Shown here in pieces: positions 53,101-64,000 of a stretch of DNA of 64,000 bases. The stretch is taken from assembly GCA_964016885.1 (NCBI GenBank), contig OZ024744.1, positions 32,240,001 to 32,304,000 of the forward strand, given 5' to 3'. The notes below the pieces were generated by a model that did no database searches, was not told where the DNA came from, and worked only from the letters and a program-made list of their open reading frames with translations. Within the stretch, counting starts at the first letter, position 1. Each line of letters opens with the position of its first letter. A program made the position numbers and the translations under genes. This stretch comes from Eledone cirrhosa. Lineage: Eukaryota.

Positions 53101-56100
53101 CCATTACTACTACCACTACCACCACTACCACCACTACCACCACAGCCATTACTACCACCATAACCACCACAGCCATTACTACCACTACCACCACAGACAT
53201 TACTACCACTACCACCACAGCCATTACTACCACCACCATCACAGCCATTACTACCACCACTACCACCACATCCATTACTACCACCACTACCACCACAGCC
53301 ATTACTACCACCACTACCACCACAGCCATTACTACCACCACTACCACCACAGCCATTACTACCACCGCAGCAACCACAGCCATTACTACCACCACCACTA
53401 CGACAGCCAATACAACCACCACTACCACCACAGCCATTACTACCACCACTACCACCACAGCCATTACTACCACCACTACCACCACAGCCATTACTACCAC
53501 CGCAGCAACCACAGCCATTACTACCACCACCACTACGACAGCCAATACAACCACCACTACCACCACAGTCATTACTACCACCACTACCACCACAGCCAAT
53601 ACAACCACCACTACCACCACAGTCATTACTACCACCACTACCACCATAGCCATTACTACCACCACTACCACCACAGCCATTACTACCACCACTACCATTA
53701 CTACCACCACTACCGTTACTACCACCACTACCACCACAGACATTACTACCACCACTACCAACACAGACATTACTACCACCACTACCACCACAGCGACCAC
53801 TACCACCACCACCACCACAGCCATTACTACTACCACTAACACCCGAGCCATTACTACCTCCATTACACTACCACCAAAGCATTTACTACAACCACTACAG
53901 ACAGCCATTACTACCACCACTACCACCACTACTCTTACTACCACCACTATCACCACAACCATTACTTCCACCACAACCACCACAGCCATTACTACCACCA
54001 CCACCGCAACAGCCATTACTACCACCACTACCACCACAGCCATTACTACCACCACTACCACCACAGCCACCATAACCACCACCGCCACAGCCATTACTAC
54101 CACCACTACTACCACAGCCATTACAACCACCACTACTACCACAGCATTACAACCACCACTTCCACCACAGCCATTACTACCACCACTCCCACAATCATTA
54201 CTACCACCACTACCACCACAGCCAGAAATACCACCATTACCACCACAGCCATTACTACCACCACAGCCATAAATACCACCATTACCACCACAGCCATTAC
54301 TACCACCACTCCCACAATCATTACTACCACTACCACCACCAGAGCCATAACTAACACCACTACCACCACAGCTATTACTACCACCGCTACCACCACAGCC
54401 ATTACTACCACCACTACCAACATAGCCCTTACTACCACTACCACCAACATAGCCATTACTACCACTACCACCAAAGCCATTACTATCACCAATACCACAA
54501 CAGCCATACTACCACCACTACCACTAGAGGCATTACTACCACCACAGCATTACTACCACCACTACAGCCACAACCATTAATACTACTACCACCACTCCCA
54601 CAGTCATTTCTACCACAACTACCAGCACACCCATTACTACCACCACTACCACCACAGCCATTACAACCACTACAGCCATTACTACCACAACTACCACCAC
54701 AGCCATTACTACCACCACTACCTCCACAGCTATTACTACCACCAATACTACTACCACCAATACCACTACAGCCATTACTACCATTACCACCGCCACATCC
54801 TTACAACCACCCCTACCACAGCCATTTCTACCACGAGGACCACCACAGCCATCTCTACCACCACCAATACCACAGCCATTACTACCACAACTACCACCAC
54901 AGCCATTATTACCACAACTACCACCACAGCCATTACTACCACAGCTACCACCACAGCCATTACTACCACAACTACCACCACAGCCATTACTACCACCACA
55001 ACCACCACAGCCATTACTACCACAACTACCACCACAGCCATTACTACCACCACTACCACCACTACCACCACTACCACCACAGCCATTACTACCACCACTA
55101 CCACCACAGCCATTACAACCACCACTACTACCACAACTACCACCACTACCACCACAGTCATTACTACCACCATAGCCATTACTACCACAACTACCACCAC
55201 AGCCATTACTACCACTACCACCATAGCCATTACTACCACAACTACCACCACAGCCATTATAACCACCACCAACACAGCCATTACTACCACTACCACCACA
55301 GCCATTACTACAACCACTACCACCACAGCCATTACTACAACCACTACCACCATAGCCATTACTACCACAACTACCACCACAGCCATTATAACCACCACCA
55401 ACACAGCCATTACTACCACTACCACCACAGCCATTACTACAACCACTACCACCACAGCCATTACTACAACCACTACCACCATAGCCATTACTACCACAAC
55501 TACCACCACAGCCATTACTACCACCACCACCACAGCCATTACTACCACTACTACCACAGCCATTACTACAACCACTACCACCACAGCCATTACTAAATCC
55601 ACTACCACCACAGCCATTACTACTACCACTACCACCACTACCACCACAGCCATTACTACCACCATAACCACCACAGCCATTACTACCACTACCACCACAG
55701 CCATTACTACCACCACTACCACCACATCCATTACTACCACCACTAACACCACAGCCATTACTACCACCAATACCATCACAACCATTACTACCACCACTAC
55801 CACCAGAGCCAATACTACCAGCACCACTACCACAGCCATTACTATCACCACTAGCACCACAGCCATTACTACCACCACTACCGCCACAGCCATTACTACC
55901 ACCACTACCACCACAGCCATTACTACCACCGCAGCAACCACGCCCATTACTAACACCACCACTACCACCACCAGGACGACAGCCAATACTACCACCACTA
56001 CCACCACAGACATTACTACCACCACTACCACCACAGCCATAAATACCACCACTACCACCACAGCCACCATTACCACCACCACCACCACAGACATTACTAC

Positions 56101-59100
56101 TACCACTAACACCCGAGCCATTACTACCTCCACTACAGACAGCCATTACTACCACCACTACCACCACTACCCTTACTACCACCACTACCACCACAACCAT
56201 TACTTCCACCACAACCACCACAGCCATTACAACCACCACTACCACCACTACCACAACTACCACCACTACCACCACAGCCATTACTACTACCACTACCACC
56301 ACTACCACCACTACCACCACAGCCATTACTACCACCATAACCACCACAGCCATTACTACCACTACCACCACAGACATTACTACCACTACCACCACAGCCA
56401 TTACTACCACCACCATCACAGCCATTACTACCACCACTACCACCACATCCATTACTACCACCACTACCACCACAGCCATTACTACCACCACTACCACCAC
56501 AGCCATTACTACCACCACTACCACCACAGCCATTACTACCACCGCAGCAACCACAGCCATTACTACCACCACCACTACGACAGCCAATACAACCACCACT
56601 ACCACCACAGCCATTACTACCACCACTACCACCACAGCCATTACTACCACCACTACCACCACAGCCATTACTACCACCGCAGCAACCACAGCCATTACTA
56701 CCACCACCACTACGACAGCCAATACAACCACCACTACCACCACAGTCATTACTACCACCACTACCACCACAGCCAATACAACCACCACTACCACCACAGT
56801 CATTACTACCACCACTACCACCATAGCCATTACTACCACCACTACCACCACAGCCATTACTACCACCGCTACCATTACTACCACCACTACCGTTACTACC
56901 ACCACTACCACCACAGACATTACTACCACCACTACCAACACAGACATTACTACCACCACTACCACCACAGCGACCACTACCACCACCACCACCACAGCCA
57001 TTACTACTACCACTAACACCCGAGCCATTACTACCTCCATTACACTACCACCAAAGCATTTACTACAACCACTACAGACAGCCATTACTACCACCACTAC
57101 CACCACTACTCTTACTACCACCACTATCACCACAACCATTACTTCCACCACAACCACCACAGCCATTACTACCACCACCACCGCAACAGCCATTACTACC
57201 ACCACTACCACCACAGCCATTACTACCACCACTACCACCACAGCCACCATAACCACCACCGCCACAGCCATTACTACCACCACTACTACCACAGCCATTA
57301 CAACCACCACTACTACCACAGCATTACAACCACCACTTCCACCACAGCCATTACTACCACCACTCCCACAATCATTACTACCACCACTACCACCACAGCC
57401 AGAAATACCACCATTACCACCACAGCCATTACTACCACCACAGCCATAAATACCACCATTACCACCACAGCCATTACTACCACCACTCCCACAATCATTA
57501 CTACCACTACCACCACCAGAGCCATAACTAACACCACTACCACCACAGCTATTACTACCACCGCTACCACCACAGCCATTACTACCACCACTACCAACAT
57601 AGCCCTTACTACCACTACCACCAACATAGCCATTACTACCACTACCACCAAAGCCATTACTATCACCAATACCACAACAGCCATACTACCACCACTACCA
57701 CTAGAGGCATTACTACCACCACAGCATTACTACCACCACTACAGCCACAACCATTAATACTACTACCACCACTCCCACAGTCATTTCTACCACAACTACC
57801 AGCACACCCATTACTACCACCACTACCACCACAGCCATTACAACCACTACAGCCATTACTACCACAACTACCACCACAGCCATTACTACCACCACAACCA
57901 CCACAGCCATTACAACCACCACAGCCATTACTACCACAACTACCACCACAGCCATTACTACCACCACAACCACCACAGCCATTACAACCACCACAGCCAT
58001 TACTACCACCACTACCACCACAGCCATTACTACCACCACTACCACCACAGCCATTACAACCACCACAGCCATTACTACCACCACTACCACCACAGCCATT
58101 ACTACCACCACTACCACCACAGCCATTACTACCACCACTACCACCACTACCACCACTACCACCGCTACCACCACAGCCATTACTACCACCACTACCACCA
58201 CAGCCATTACAACCACCACTACCACCACAACTACCACCACTACCACCACAGTCATTACTTCCACCACTACCACCACTACCACAACTACCACCACAGCCAT
58301 TACTACCACCACCACCACAGCCATTACTACCACAACTACCACCACAGCCATTACTACCACCACCACCACAGCCATTACTACCACTACCACCACAGCCATT
58401 ACTACAACCACTACCACCACAGCCATTACTACTACCACTACCACCACTACCACCACAGCCATTACTACTACCACTACCACCACTACCACCACAGCCATTA
58501 CTACGACCATAACCACCACAGCCATTACTACCACTACCACCACAGCCATTACTACTACCACTACCACCACAGCCATTACTACCACCACTAACACCACAGC
58601 CATTACTACCACCACTACCACCACTACCACCACTACCACCACTACCATCACAGACATTACTACCACCACTACCACCAGAGCCATTACTACCACCGCAGCA
58701 ACCACAGCCATTACTACCACCACCACTACCACCACCACAGACATTACTACCACCACTAGCACCACAGACATTGCTACCACCACTAGCACCACAGCCATAA
58801 ATACCACCACTACCACCACAGCGAACACTACCACCACCACCACAGACATTACTACTACCACTAACACCCGAGCCATTACTACCACCACTACCACAGCCAT
58901 TACAACCACCACTACCACCACTACCCTTACTACCACCACTACCACCACAGTCATTACTTCCACCACTACCACCACTACCACAACTACCACCACAGCCATT
59001 ACTACCACCACCACCACAGCCATTACTACCACTACCACCACAGCCATTACTACAACCACTACCACCACAGCCATTACTACCACCACCACTACCACAGCCA

Positions 59101-60192
59101 TTACTACCACCACTATCACCACAGCCATTACTACCACCGCAGCAACCACAGCCATTACTACCACCACTACCACCACAGCCATTACTACCACAACTACCAC
59201 CACTACCACCACTACCACCACTACCACCAGTACCACCATAGCCATTACTACCACAACTACCACCACTACCACCACTACCACCACAGCCATTACTACCACA
59301 ACTACCACCACTACCACCACTACCACCACTACCACCACAGCCATTACTACCACAACTACCACCACTACCACCACTACCACCACTACCACCACAGCCATTA
59401 CTACCACCACTACCACCACAGACATTACTACCACCACTACCACCACAACCATTACTACCACCACTACCACCACAGCCATTACTACCACCACAGACATTAC
59501 TACCACCACTACCACCACAGCCATTACTACCACGACTACCACCACAGCCATTACCACCACTACCACCACAGCCATAACTACCACCACAGCCATTACTACC
59601 TCCACTACCACCACAACCATTAATACCAGCACTACCACCACAGCCATTACTACCACTACCACCACAGCCATTACTACCACCACTACCACCACAGTAATTA
59701 CTACCACCACTACAACCACAGCCATTACTACCACCACTACCACCACAGCCATTACTACCACCACCACTACCACAGCCATTACTACCACCACTACCACCAC
59801 AGCCATTACTCCCACCACCACTACCACATGTATTACCACCACTACTACCACCACAGCCATTACTATTACCACCACACCACAGCCATTACTACCACCACTA
59901 CTACCACAACCATTACTATTACCACCACCACAACAACCACCACCACCACTACCACCACCACGAGCACCAGCACCACCACCACAACTACCATCACCCCCAC
60001 CACCACCACCACCACCACCAGCACCAGCACGAGCACCACCACCACCAGCACCAGCACCACCACCACCAGCTCCACCAGCACCAGCACCACCACCACCAGC
60101 ACGACAACTACCACCATTACCACCACCACCACCACCACTAGCACGAGCACCCGCACTACCACCACCACCACCACCACCAGCACCACCACCGG
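50113..60192. repeat. ~10-kb degenerate (ACC/ACT)n minisatellite, basic 24-27-bp unit acagccatt(acy)n, with kb-scale internal duplications
   Basis: Continuous triplet-based repeat; the landmark ctagaggcattac recurs at ~50556, 54524 and 57701. Confidence 0.95.
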
Positions 60193-60346
60193 CATTACAA
60201 AGTATACAGACATACTGGGTTGCATTCAGACACACGCACATATGTTTGTTTGTGTATGCATATGGGTGCATATGTATATGTGCATGTATATGTGTATGCG
60301 TAAGTATGTATGCGTTTTTGCTTTGTGTGTATATATATATATTTAA

Positions 60347-60383
<37 letters not shown>

Positions 60384-60420
60384 ATTAAATAAATGGAAAC
60401 TATATTTATAAAACCATATT

Positions 60421-60486
60421 TATTTCATTATATATATTTCGGGGATATCATATTAACAATATGCTATGCCTTCCTCAGACAAAATA
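60421..60486 (-). ncRNA. Hammerhead motif, family D (left arm)
   Basis: Reverse complement of 60675-60740. Confidence 0.68.
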
Positions 60487-60674
60487 CAATATAAACAGTT
60501 TTATAGATAAATAGATTCGACATACCGTTATAACACCGACTTCCATACCGTTATAACACCGACTTCCATACCGTTATAACACCGACTTCCATTTGAAGAG
60601 GTTTAAACTGGCAAATGGAAGTCGGTGTTATAACGGTATGTCGAATCTATTTATCTATAAAACTATTTATATTG

Positions 60675-60740
60675 TATTTTGTCTGAGGAAGGCATAGCAT
60701 ATTGTTAATATGATATCCCCGAAATATATATAATGAAATA
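60675..60740 (+). ncRNA. Hammerhead motif, family D (right arm)
   Basis: tattttgt-CTGAGGA-aggcatagcatatt gtt aatatgatatcccc-GAAA-tatata-TA-atgaaata; 8-bp stem I with GU pairs, imperfect stem II. Confidence 0.7.
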
Positions 60741-60868
60741 AATATGGTTTTATAAATATAGTTTCCATTTATTTAATATTGTAAATATACTCCAAATATT
60801 TGTCGAGTGCTTTTATATCAGTTATAAATATTTACTAGTTGTAACCCAACAATTTTAAATATAACTTT

Positions 60869-60905
<37 letters not shown>

Positions 60906-61042
60906 CAAGGTTTCGCAAATAGAGAAAAAGTTTTAAAACAAATGAGCCTTCTGGCTTAAGACTGACTTTATATATTTATATATATATATATATATGCAAA
61001 CACACACTCACATACACACACACACACACACAAACACAGACG

Positions 61043-61073
<31 letters not shown>

Positions 61074-61287
61074 ACACATATATATATATATATATAATAA
61101 TAATAAAGTATGTGTTCCTACCTGTAAAAAATACATATAGGGATACAAGTATTATCCAACCGTATGCCAATGTGGTTCTATGGCAGGTTAATAAATTAAC
61201 GAGCCAGAACATATAAAAGCAGGGTTTAGCAAATAGAGAAAATGTTTTAAAAGAAATGTTTAAAAGTTCGCTGTACTTACTATATGT

Positions 61288-61371
61288 ACCTTTACTGCGG
61301 GGTTTGAGGTCTCAAAATAAATGGATAATCCAGGCGGACCTCCATTGGGAAGGGGACTTTCGTCAGAAGGT
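61288..61371 (-). ncRNA. Hammerhead-like motif, family E (left arm; GAAA mutated to CAAA)
   Basis: acctt-CTGACGA-aagtc..gacct-CAAA-ccccgcag-TA-aaggt. Confidence 0.45.
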
Positions 61372-61450
61372 TCTTCTCGCTCGGAGAATATAAAATTCCT
61401 GAGTTCAAATCACAAACTGGCGGAAATTTTATATTCTCCGAGCGAGAATA

Positions 61451-61534
61451 ACATTCTGACGAGAGTCCCCTTCTCAATAGAGGTCCGCCTGGATTATCCA
61501 TTTATTTTGAGACTTGAAACCCCGCAGTAAAGGT
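61451..61534 (+). ncRNA. Hammerhead motif, family E (right arm), with an enlarged stem-II loop
   Basis: acatt-CTGACGA-gagtc..(43 nt)..gactt-GAAA-ccccgcag-TA-aaggt; AC/GU stem III, GUA triplet. Confidence 0.6.
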
Positions 61535-61719
61535 ACATATAGTAGGTACAGTGAACTTTTAAACATTTCTTTTAAAACATTTTCTCTATTTGCTAAACCT
61601 TGATTTTACATGTTCTGGCTCGTTAATTTATTAACCTGCCATAGAACCACATTGGCATACGGTTGGATAATACTTGTATCCCTATATGTATTTTTTACAG
61701 GTAGGAACACATACTTTAT

Positions 61720-61776
<57 letters not shown>

Positions 61777-61919
61777 CATATATATATATATGTGTGTATG
61801 TGTGTGTGTGTCTCTCTCTCTCTCTCTCTCTCTCTGTGTGCATGTGAGTGTGTGTTTGCATATATATAATATATAATATATATATATAAAGGCTGTCTTA
61901 AGCCAGAAGGCTTATTTGG

Positions 61920-62166
61920 CCGTTGCTTATCCCGGTTTCATGGCGTGAAGCGACTAAGAGTACAAGACTCACCCCCCTGGACAGGACGCCAGTCCATCGC
62001 AGGGTTAAACCTCCAGCTATTGATGGTACTCATTTTCAGCTGAGTATACTGGAGCAACGTGAAATGAAGTTTTTTGCTCAAGAAAACAACGCGCAACCCA
62101 GGAATCGAGAGCACGACATTATGATTGTAAGTCCAACACCCTTACCACTAGGCCACGGGCCTCCAC
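61920..62166 (-). mobile_element. tRNA-derived SINE with a V-SINE-like conserved 3' block
   Basis: Minus strand: A-box tggcctagtgg, degenerate B-box ctcgattcc, core ttgagcaaaaaacttcatttcacgttgctcc, then ccctgcgatggactggcgtcctgtccagggggg..gtcgcttcacgccatgaaaccgggataagc. Confidence 0.8.
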
Positions 62167-62328
62167 TATATATATATACATAAATATGAGCAAAGATTAG
62201 TATGGTTCGTTGATTACTCAATGAATACAATTTTACAATAGATTAGAAGAACTCAACAGCGAGGTTTTCCTGGAGTTTTTATTATTCAAAATATTAGCAA
62301 ATGAAAAATATTCTCATAATCAAAATAT

Positions 62329-62396
62329 ATACATTATTATATATATTTCAAAGGTACTGCGTTGTTTTTTCAGTACGTCCTCATCAGACAAAATAT
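62329..62396 (-). ncRNA. Hammerhead motif, family C (left arm)
   Basis: atattttgt-CTGATGA-ggacgtactg aaaaaacaacg cagtaccttt-GAAA-tatata-TA-ataatgtat. Confidence 0.68.
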
Positions 62397-62450
62397 TTTG
62401 TCTGATGAGAACATACTGTGTTGATTTTTCAGTACGTACTCATCAGATAT

Positions 62451-62518
62451 ATATTGTGTCTGATGAGGACGTACTGAAAAAACAACACAGTACCTTTGAA
62501 ATATATATAATAAAGTAT
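62451..62518 (+). ncRNA. Hammerhead motif, family C (right arm)
   Basis: atattgtgt-CTGATGA-ggacgtactg aaaaaacaaca cagtaccttt-GAAA-tatata-TA-ataaagtat. Confidence 0.68.
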
Positions 62519-62566
62519 ATATTTTTTAATTATGACAATATTTTTCATTTATTAATATTTTGAATA

Positions 62567-62658
<92 letters not shown>

Positions 62659-62661
<3 letters not shown>

Positions 62662-62907
62662 CTTCACCATCCAGTCTGTCGGGCGCCAATCGGCGACGCT
62701 GGTGACATTACGTCGTGCTGTTTTAGCCATAAGATAACGCCATCCCACTTGCTGGGCGGGCAGGTCGGTTCTCATTTCTACAGCTGAGTAAACGGAGCAG
62801 CGTGAAATAAAGTGTCTTGCTCAAGGAAACAACACATCACCCGGTCCGAGAATTGAACTCACAACCTTTCGATTGCAAGCTCTAGCTACTAAGCCATGCG
62901 CCTTCAC
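62659..62907 (-). mobile_element. tRNA-derived SINE sharing head and core with 61920-62166 but with a different tail
   Basis: Minus strand: gtgaaggcgcatggcttagt (A-box), gagttcaattc (B-box), tccttgagcaagacactttatttcacgctgctcc..actcagctgtagaaatgag. Confidence 0.8.
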
Positions 62908-62939
62908 TATATATATATGTGAGTGTAAATATATAGATA

Positions 62940-64000
62940 AATTTCTATTTATTTGCCACGAGGGCACAAAAGAAGGGGACAAATACACAGTGGGGGAGTT
63001 TACATGAATCGAGTAAAGAAAAAAGGAATAACAATAATAATATAATAATAAAAAGTCCTCAAAAGGGAGGGGGCGTGTTGGGGATTGCACATACCCCCGA
63101 AAAGAGTGCAACCCTTTTCGCGGGGGAAGCCCAGAGAGGAGGCGCTCCCCCTTTCCTCTTCACTTCTTCACCTACAGAACAATGTAGAGAGAAGGCCCAT
63201 TTACACGAGCCATTCTCGCTTCTTTCACCCACCTTTCATAAAACTGTCTGGGGCCAAGCACTTCTCTCTCCATCCTGATCCTTCTTCCGAAGTGGTATCG
63301 GAAGAAGTAAACCAGGTGATGGCCGGAGAGAAAGTCACCCGACCTCAGACCTTTCAGGCGCATCCACCACACAACCTCTTTCATCATGGCTATTACGCAC
63401 AGAAAGACCGCCTCTGCTTCGTTTCTGAAGGGAGGCGGCGGCTTGATGTTCACCACAGACTCGGTGGTTAATCGAATCGGCGCCACACGCGACAGCAGTC
63501 GTTCGACGTAGCCCCACAGATCGGCAACGCCCGGGCAGTGTACCAGTGCATGCGCAACGGTTTCCTCGTCGCGCACGCATCTGGGACAGATCTTTTTCGC
63601 TGGATCCCTGCCCGGGCGCCCGTGTCTGTAGAGCTTTTCTCGAACGAGCAGAGCCCCCCGGTAACACTGCCAGGCTAGCGATCTCTGGAAGTTGTCCATG
63701 GGTCCCGGGACGAAAGTTCTACCGAACAGGCTGGCCAGTTCGTCCTCCTCCATGCCTAGCGACTCTCCAAGGGTGTCGTCGCCCCTGCTAGCCACCAGCC
63801 CTCTATAGAATGTCGAGGTGGATTCTCCACTGACAGTCGGGTCCGCTTGCCAGATAGCCGTGAGCGCCTGGGCACACTCGGTGTGCCAGTTGCCCAGTTC
63901 TCGGTCTCTGCTTCACCCAGGATTGCAGCTCGGTGAGCGAGACGAGCTGTGGGAAGGCTCGCCTCACAAACGGGGCCCACACCGGCTGACCGGTGAGGAA
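62940..64000 (-). mobile_element. 3' end of a Tx1/L1-like LINE, continuing beyond the window
   Basis: GC-rich ORF2 C-terminus, pyrimidine-rich 3' UTR on the minus strand and AATAAA near 62950; apparent frameshift near 63895. Confidence 0.8.
63172..63893 (-). pseudogene. ORF2 C-terminal CCHC zinc-knuckle (zf-RVT-like) region
   Basis: LAWQCYRGAL..CPRCVRDEETVAHALVHCP..LW (C-x2-C-x8-H-x4-C); the frame stays open upstream of the listed GTG (WHTECAQAL..STFYRGL). Confidence 0.8.

Larger units (their letters stand above)
60378..60783. repeat. Palindrome D: near-perfect inverted arms (~170 bp), 3x23-bp tandem in the left arm, 16-bp spacer
   Basis: 60378-60543 plus 60590-95 is the reverse complement of 60612-60783; cataccgttataacaccgacttc occurs three times at 60521-60589. 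Confidence 0.95.
60943..61914. repeat. Palindrome E: ~1-kb inverted duplication including mirrored microsatellites, ~22-bp spacer at 61400-61421
   Basis: 61097-61399 is approximately the reverse complement of 61422-61724; outer gccttctggcttaagac / gtcttaagccagaaggc and (CA)n / (TG)n tracts are also mirrored. Confidence 0.93.
62180..62568. mobile_element. Non-coding palindromic pLTR derivative related to the Penelope-like element at 44005-46180 (family C)
   Basis: 62200-62385 resembles 44020-44202; 62281-62396 is approximately the reverse complement of 62451-62568; four CTGATGA cores alternate in orientation. Confidence 0.8.

Noticed and set aside
50098-60382. Long Val-rich and Gly/Cys-rich ORFs as genes
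   Set aside because: Expected by-products of an ACY triplet repeat; frames switch mid-ORF and some starts lie in microsatellites.
60976-61876. Paired ORFs on opposite strands (MFWLVNLL..., MDNPGGP...)
   Set aside because: Mirror products of the palindrome that run into microsatellites.
62090-62166. tRNA gene (also 62835-62907)
   Set aside because: Degenerate A/B boxes run into SINE cores and no clean cloverleaf is visible; these are SINE heads.

Overview
Eukaryotic, repeat-dominated DNA with no recognisable host gene. The (TA)n/(CA)n density, the RTE LINEs with (GAT)n tails and the SINE cores resemble an octopus-like cephalopod (inference). Bases 1-37.8 kb are about 400 tandem copies of a 93-bp unit that translates as the 'LRWxGHxxRM' region of an RTE-clade LINE ORF; the array runs directly into the decayed native C-terminus and (GAA)n tail of that LINE. 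Bases 38-50 kb and 60-64 kb are clusters of elements, most abutting (TA)n tracts: an R4-like fragment, two convergent RTE copies with a PHD-like finger inside the RT, a Penelope-like (Naiad-type) GIY-YIG fragment, three tRNA-SINEs and a Tx1/L1-like 3' end. Bases 50.1-60.2 kb are a degenerate (ACY)n minisatellite with kb-scale internal duplications. The most unusual signal is about 11 minimal type-I hammerhead ribozyme motifs in five sequence families, eight of them arranged as outward-facing pairs in four DNA palindromes embedded in microsatellites. All alignments and folds were done by eye.
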